Assembly (NCBI GenBank): GCA_009692535.1
Contig: SHYZ01000004.1
Location: forward strand, 1 to 56,134
Source: Myxococcales bacterium
GTDB lineage: Bacteria > Myxococcota_A > Polyangia > Haliangiales > SHYZ01
Reading direction: 5' to 3'
Length of the DNA stretch: 56,134 nucleotides
The translations under genes were made by a program, and so were the position numbers. The notes under the pieces were generated by a model. That model was given only the letters and a program-made list of their open reading frames with translations, had not been told where the DNA came from and made no database searches. Below are positions 52,701 through 56,134 of the stretch, in pieces; the stretch's first letter is position 1, and each line of letters begins with the position of its first letter.

Positions 52701-52912
52701 GCGTCGATCTCCCTCGCGCTTCATTTCGTCGCCTGACCCGTCGACGGTCGATGCGGCGCACGATCGTGCCAGAAAACTCTGCGACTGCACGCGCGCGATT
52801 CGCGTTTGCCTGACGCTTCACCCAGCACACCGCCGAACTAGGCGCGCAAGGGAGAGGGCGGCAGGGCGGCACGACCGGCCTGCAAGACGACGCGCCAACA
52901 CGAGATCACACC

Positions 52913-53788
52913 TTGATTCACGCTGCTGCCGCCCTGCTCCTTTCTTGGCTGAACTGCGTCGGCGAACCCGAAGCGCCGGCAGCTGACTTGATGGTCGCCG
53001 CGGCGACCCGTCCGATCTTGGTCGAGGCGGCGCCACTGCTCGGCGGCGACCGCCCGCTCAAGGCGAGCGGGCTCGCGCCAGCGAAGCGCTGCGCCCCGTG
53101 GGTCCTGATCGCGTCCGCGAGCGACGCCCCGCCCGATCGCTACCGGCAGTGGACCGAGGCTCTGGCGCACTGCGGATTCGCGACGCTGGTCGTCGAGCGG
53201 CAGCAGGACGAGGCGTGGTGGCGCTACGCCAAGGCGATCGAAGACGCGGCGACGCTGCTCCGCGCCGGAGCCGCGACGCCGGACCACCCGTTGTTCGAGG
53301 CGATCGATCCGCACCGATTGCTGGTCCTCGCCGACGGTGACGGGACGACCGCGGCGGCGCGGGCGGCGGCGACCATCGTCGATCTCGACGGACTGTTGCT
53401 GCTCGACCCCAACGATGCCGGCGCAGCACTGCCATGGCTCGCCCGCATCGAGGCGCCCGTCGCGACTGTGGCGAGCGGCTTCGAGCGCGAAGAGCACGCG
53501 AACACCTGGTTCCGCGCCGGCCGCGGTGGAACGAGTCGCCGTTGGTTGGTGCAATTCCAAGGCGAGCAGGGGCTGCCTCCGGACCACGGAAAGGAACGGC
53601 CGCGACTCGAACAGGAAGTGCGCGACGTCTGTGTCGCCTTCGTCGAATGCACGCTGCCGACTGCGACGGCTACAGCGACGAGCACGCGGACGCTGACCTT
53701 CGCGGAACGCGCGGGTCGCGGCACGATCGATCGCACGATCAAATCCACCGACGACGCGGCGCGCATCGCGCTCGCGCAATCGCGCTGA
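52913..53788 (+). CDS. Exported hypothetical protein, possibly a degenerate alpha/beta hydrolase
   Basis: Signal-like start; YRQWTEALAHCGFATL, IDPHRLLVLADGDG and LLLLDP recall chlorophyllase-like folds but there is no GxSxG. Confidence 0.5.
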   Translation: MIHAAAALLLSWLNCVGEPEAPAADLMVAAATRPILVEAAPLLGGDRPLKASGLAPAKRCAPWVLIASASDAPPDRYRQWTEALAHCGFATLVVERQQDEAWWRYAKAIEDAATLLRAGAATPDHPLFEAIDPHRLLVLADGDGTTAAARAAATIVDLDGLLLLDPNDAGAALPWLARIEAPVATVASGFEREEHANTWFRAGRGGTSRRWLVQFQGEQGLPPDHGKERPRLEQEVRDVCVAFVECTLPTATATATSTRTLTFAERAGRGTIDRTIKSTDDAARIALAQSR

Positions 53789-53902
53789 CGCGCCGCTGAC
53801 ACCGCGCCGGAAGGCGCCCTCGGCGTCAGCGCTCGAGCTTCGCGGAACGCGCGTTCGCAAGCGTCGTAACCGTGGCTTCCCCAACTCTCACGAGGGAAGC
53901 CC

Positions 53903-54514
53903 ATGCCGACGAATCGTCTCCGCGCGTGGTTGCCGCTGATCGTCGCCGCGATTCCGCTGGTCGCTTGGAGCGCGCAACAAGTCGCGCCGAAGGTGACGCA
54001 GCGCCCGTTCGCCGAGCTCAGCACGCGCGGCAGCACGCGCATCTTCTATTGGGGTGGCAACAGCTCGGGCGGGCAGCTCGAGATCCACTACGGCCAGCCG
54101 CCGTGGAAGGCGGAGTACGACGCCGCGATCCCGACCTTGTCGGGCCAGCGTTGGCGGCTCGGCCAGAACTTCTGGACCACGCTCGACACCAACATCGACC
54201 TCGAGCTGGCCGACGTCGAGATCCTGGCGGGTTGCTACTACCTCGCGCTCGAACGCAATGCAGATGGGTCGTTCGTGCTCTGGGTGCTCGATCCGGTCGA
54301 GATCCGTGACGCCCACCTCGACGCTTTCTTGGTCAAGCAGACCACGGGCGGCATCGCGATCCCGCTCGCGTACAAGAGTTCGCCGGTGCTCGCCGACAAG
54401 CTGCAGATCCGGCTCGACGTCGAGCCCAACGTGAAGGACCGAGGCAAGTTCGTCCTCCACTTCGGGTCGCACGAGCTTTCGGCATCCCTCACGATGGCGC
54501 CGGCCCGCGACTGA
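53903..54514 (+). CDS. DUF2911-like exported protein
   Basis: Signal peptide; LEIHYGQP, WRLGQNFWTTL, ILAGCYYL pattern. Confidence 0.7.
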   Translation: MPTNRLRAWLPLIVAAIPLVAWSAQQVAPKVTQRPFAELSTRGSTRIFYWGGNSSGGQLEIHYGQPPWKAEYDAAIPTLSGQRWRLGQNFWTTLDTNIDLELADVEILAGCYYLALERNADGSFVLWVLDPVEIRDAHLDAFLVKQTTGGIAIPLAYKSSPVLADKLQIRLDVEPNVKDRGKFVLHFGSHELSASLTMAPARD

Positions 54515-54729
54515 CCGCGGATCGACCACTCCGCAGCACTCCGCACAGCGATCTCTCGCTCCGCAGCGCCAACGCACAGCGCCTCGAACGGGCGGCTCTG
54601 GCGCACGGTACGATGCGCCGCGCCCGCCGGATCGACGCGCAAAGTGCATCGATCAAGCGTCGGCGCGCCGCCGAATGGCGGTTCCCACTGTCCCATTGCA
54701 AACAGTTCCATTGCGAGAGGAAGAAGCCG

Positions 54730-55491
54730 ATGGTTGCAACCGAAGTCGCGTTGCGTTCGCGCGGCAGCGCGCTGAAGGCCGTGCTCGTGCTGGTGGTGGC
54801 GGCGGGCGCTGCCTATGCCTTGTTTCCGGGCGTCCGCGCCATCTTCGACCAGCAGCTCGACAAGGTGGGCGGCTGGAACGACGAGGCGCGCCGCCACGAT
54901 CCAGTCGGCTTCATCGACTACTCGATCGGCAAGCTCAACGAGAACGTCGCCCAGTTCGGCATGGTGAAGGTCGACCTCGCGGTTGCCAAGACGAAGATGC
55001 AGAAGATCCGCGACGACAGCCAATCGAAGGTCACCTTCGCGAGCAAGGAGCTCGAGACTTTCAAGGCGGCCTACAAGGACGCGGCGGGCGGGAAGGGCTG
55101 GCCAGTGACGCTCGCGGGGAGGACCTACGACGAGGCACAGCTCAAGCAACAGGTGAACGTGTTCCTCACGCAGCGGACGAGCTACGAGATGTCCGCGAAG
55201 CAGGCTGCTGACGGCGCCGCCTCGGCCGGCAAGCGCGAAATGGACGTCCTGGCGCGCGTCACAGAGAGCAAGGCGAAGCTCGAGCTGCTGAAGACGCAAC
55301 GGGAGTTGGTGAAGGTCGCCAAGCTCACCGCCGAAACTGAAGCGCTGCTCGCCGAAGTGAACGAAGTGCTCCTGCAGAATGAGGAAGCCACCGCGGCGAA
55401 CCCGGTGCTCACGGTGGAAGAGATGATGAAGCAGAAAGAGTCGAGCTCTGGCGCGTCGAACGCCAACGTCGACGCCTTCCTCAACGGATGA
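54730..55491 (+). CDS. Membrane-anchored coiled-coil protein (PspA/IM30-like topology, tentative)
   Basis: N-terminal TM (AVLVLVVAAGAAYALF), long heptad helices, C-terminal VDAFLNG; purine-rich RBS. Confidence 0.75.
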   Translation: MVATEVALRSRGSALKAVLVLVVAAGAAYALFPGVRAIFDQQLDKVGGWNDEARRHDPVGFIDYSIGKLNENVAQFGMVKVDLAVAKTKMQKIRDDSQSKVTFASKELETFKAAYKDAAGGKGWPVTLAGRTYDEAQLKQQVNVFLTQRTSYEMSAKQAADGAASAGKREMDVLARVTESKAKLELLKTQRELVKVAKLTAETEALLAEVNEVLLQNEEATAANPVLTVEEMMKQKESSSGASNANVDAFLNG

Positions 55492-56134
55492 GCCGACTGC
55501 GCCCGCTCACGGCGTTCCGGCTGTCCACGCTGCGCCACTCGCTTGCGGCGTGCGTGCTCGCCTCGCTTGTGGTGGCCGTCATCGGTGGCTGCGGCGACGA
55601 GTCGGGCCGAGCGCCTGCGGGAAGAGCACCGGTGAAGCCGGTGATGGCGCCACCGAAGACCAACTGGACCAGCGACGAGATGGCGGCCGACCCGGAGGGC
55701 TACCTCCAGTGGGCCGACCAGAACCTCGCCGCGCAGATCGAGACGCGGCGCCAGCGCATTGCGACGGTCACGCAACGTGTCGGCGAGCTTGAAGCAAGGC
55801 GCACCGGGTTCGGCACCAATCTCGACGACGTGCGCAACATCGAGAAGCGGCTCGCCGACGCTTTGCGCAAGGCCGAGGAAGAGGATCGCCTCCCCGTCCG
55901 CATGGGCGGCAGGACGTTCGAGCGCGACAAGGCCAAGGCGATCCTCGTCGAGCTCAACCGCCTGCTCGGGGAGCGCAGCCCGCTGCAGCAAACGTACGAA
56001 GACGGCCTCGCGCGCCTGCGCCAGGTCGAGGCGGGGCTCGCTGCCGACATGACGCGCCTCACCGCGCTGCGCGACAAGCTCGCGATCGACTTGGAACAGG
56101 TGCGCGTGAGCCACGGCGTGGCCGAGCTCGAGCA
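55488..56134 (+). CDS. Coiled-coil lipoprotein, paralog of the preceding gene (runs off the window edge)
   Basis: Manual translation from ATG 55488 (ATGA overlap): lipobox-like VIGG-C, WTSDEMAADPEGYL, LPVRMGGRTFERDKAK. Not in the ORF track because it has no stop in the window. Confidence 0.75.
   Translation, partial: MSRLRPLTAFRLSTLRHSLAACVLASLVVAVIGGCGDESGRAPAGRAPVKPVMAPPKTNWTSDEMAADPEGYLQWADQNLAAQIETRRQRIATVTQRVGELEARRTGFGTNLDDVRNIEKRLADALRKAEEEDRLPVRMGGRTFERDKAKAILVELNRLLGERSPLQQTYEDGLARLRQVEAGLAADMTRLTALRDKLAIDLEQVRVSHGVAELE

Overview
Very GC-rich bacterial chromosomal window. The protein types (HEAT-vWA, Ser/Thr kinase-FGE, DUF1573, carboxypeptidase-regulatory-like) suggest a Planctomycetota-like host; this is inference, not a database result. 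Most of the window is housekeeping or envelope genes: TPP riboswitch-thiC, nadA, leucine-catabolism-like genes, queA, ligA, two acyl-CoA ligases, pdxR-pdxS-pdxT and several glycosyltransferases. The highlight is a complete diversity-generating retroelement (DGR) at about 45.8-51.9 kb. Its order is target gene, HRDC gene, avd, reverse transcriptase, template repeat (TR), structured 3' spacer. The 123-nt variable repeat (VR, 49076-49198) differs from the TR (51548-51670) at 15 positions, and every one is a TR adenine. The diversified gene encodes an intact-looking Ser/Thr kinase, a transmembrane helix, a coiled coil and an FGE/C-type-lectin domain, i.e. a candidate receptor kinase with a hypervariable sensor. 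Other oddities: a Y1/HUH transposase bracketed by ~45-bp inverted repeats, two MITE-like elements flanking a glycosyltransferase, a gene broken by one in-frame TAG, an AAA ATPase frameshifted by a CCGC duplication next to a 35-bp duplicate of pdxT, and a clear MocR-type operator. All calls come from manual motif reading, with no database searches. Start codons were re-chosen by hand where the ORF track over-extends.
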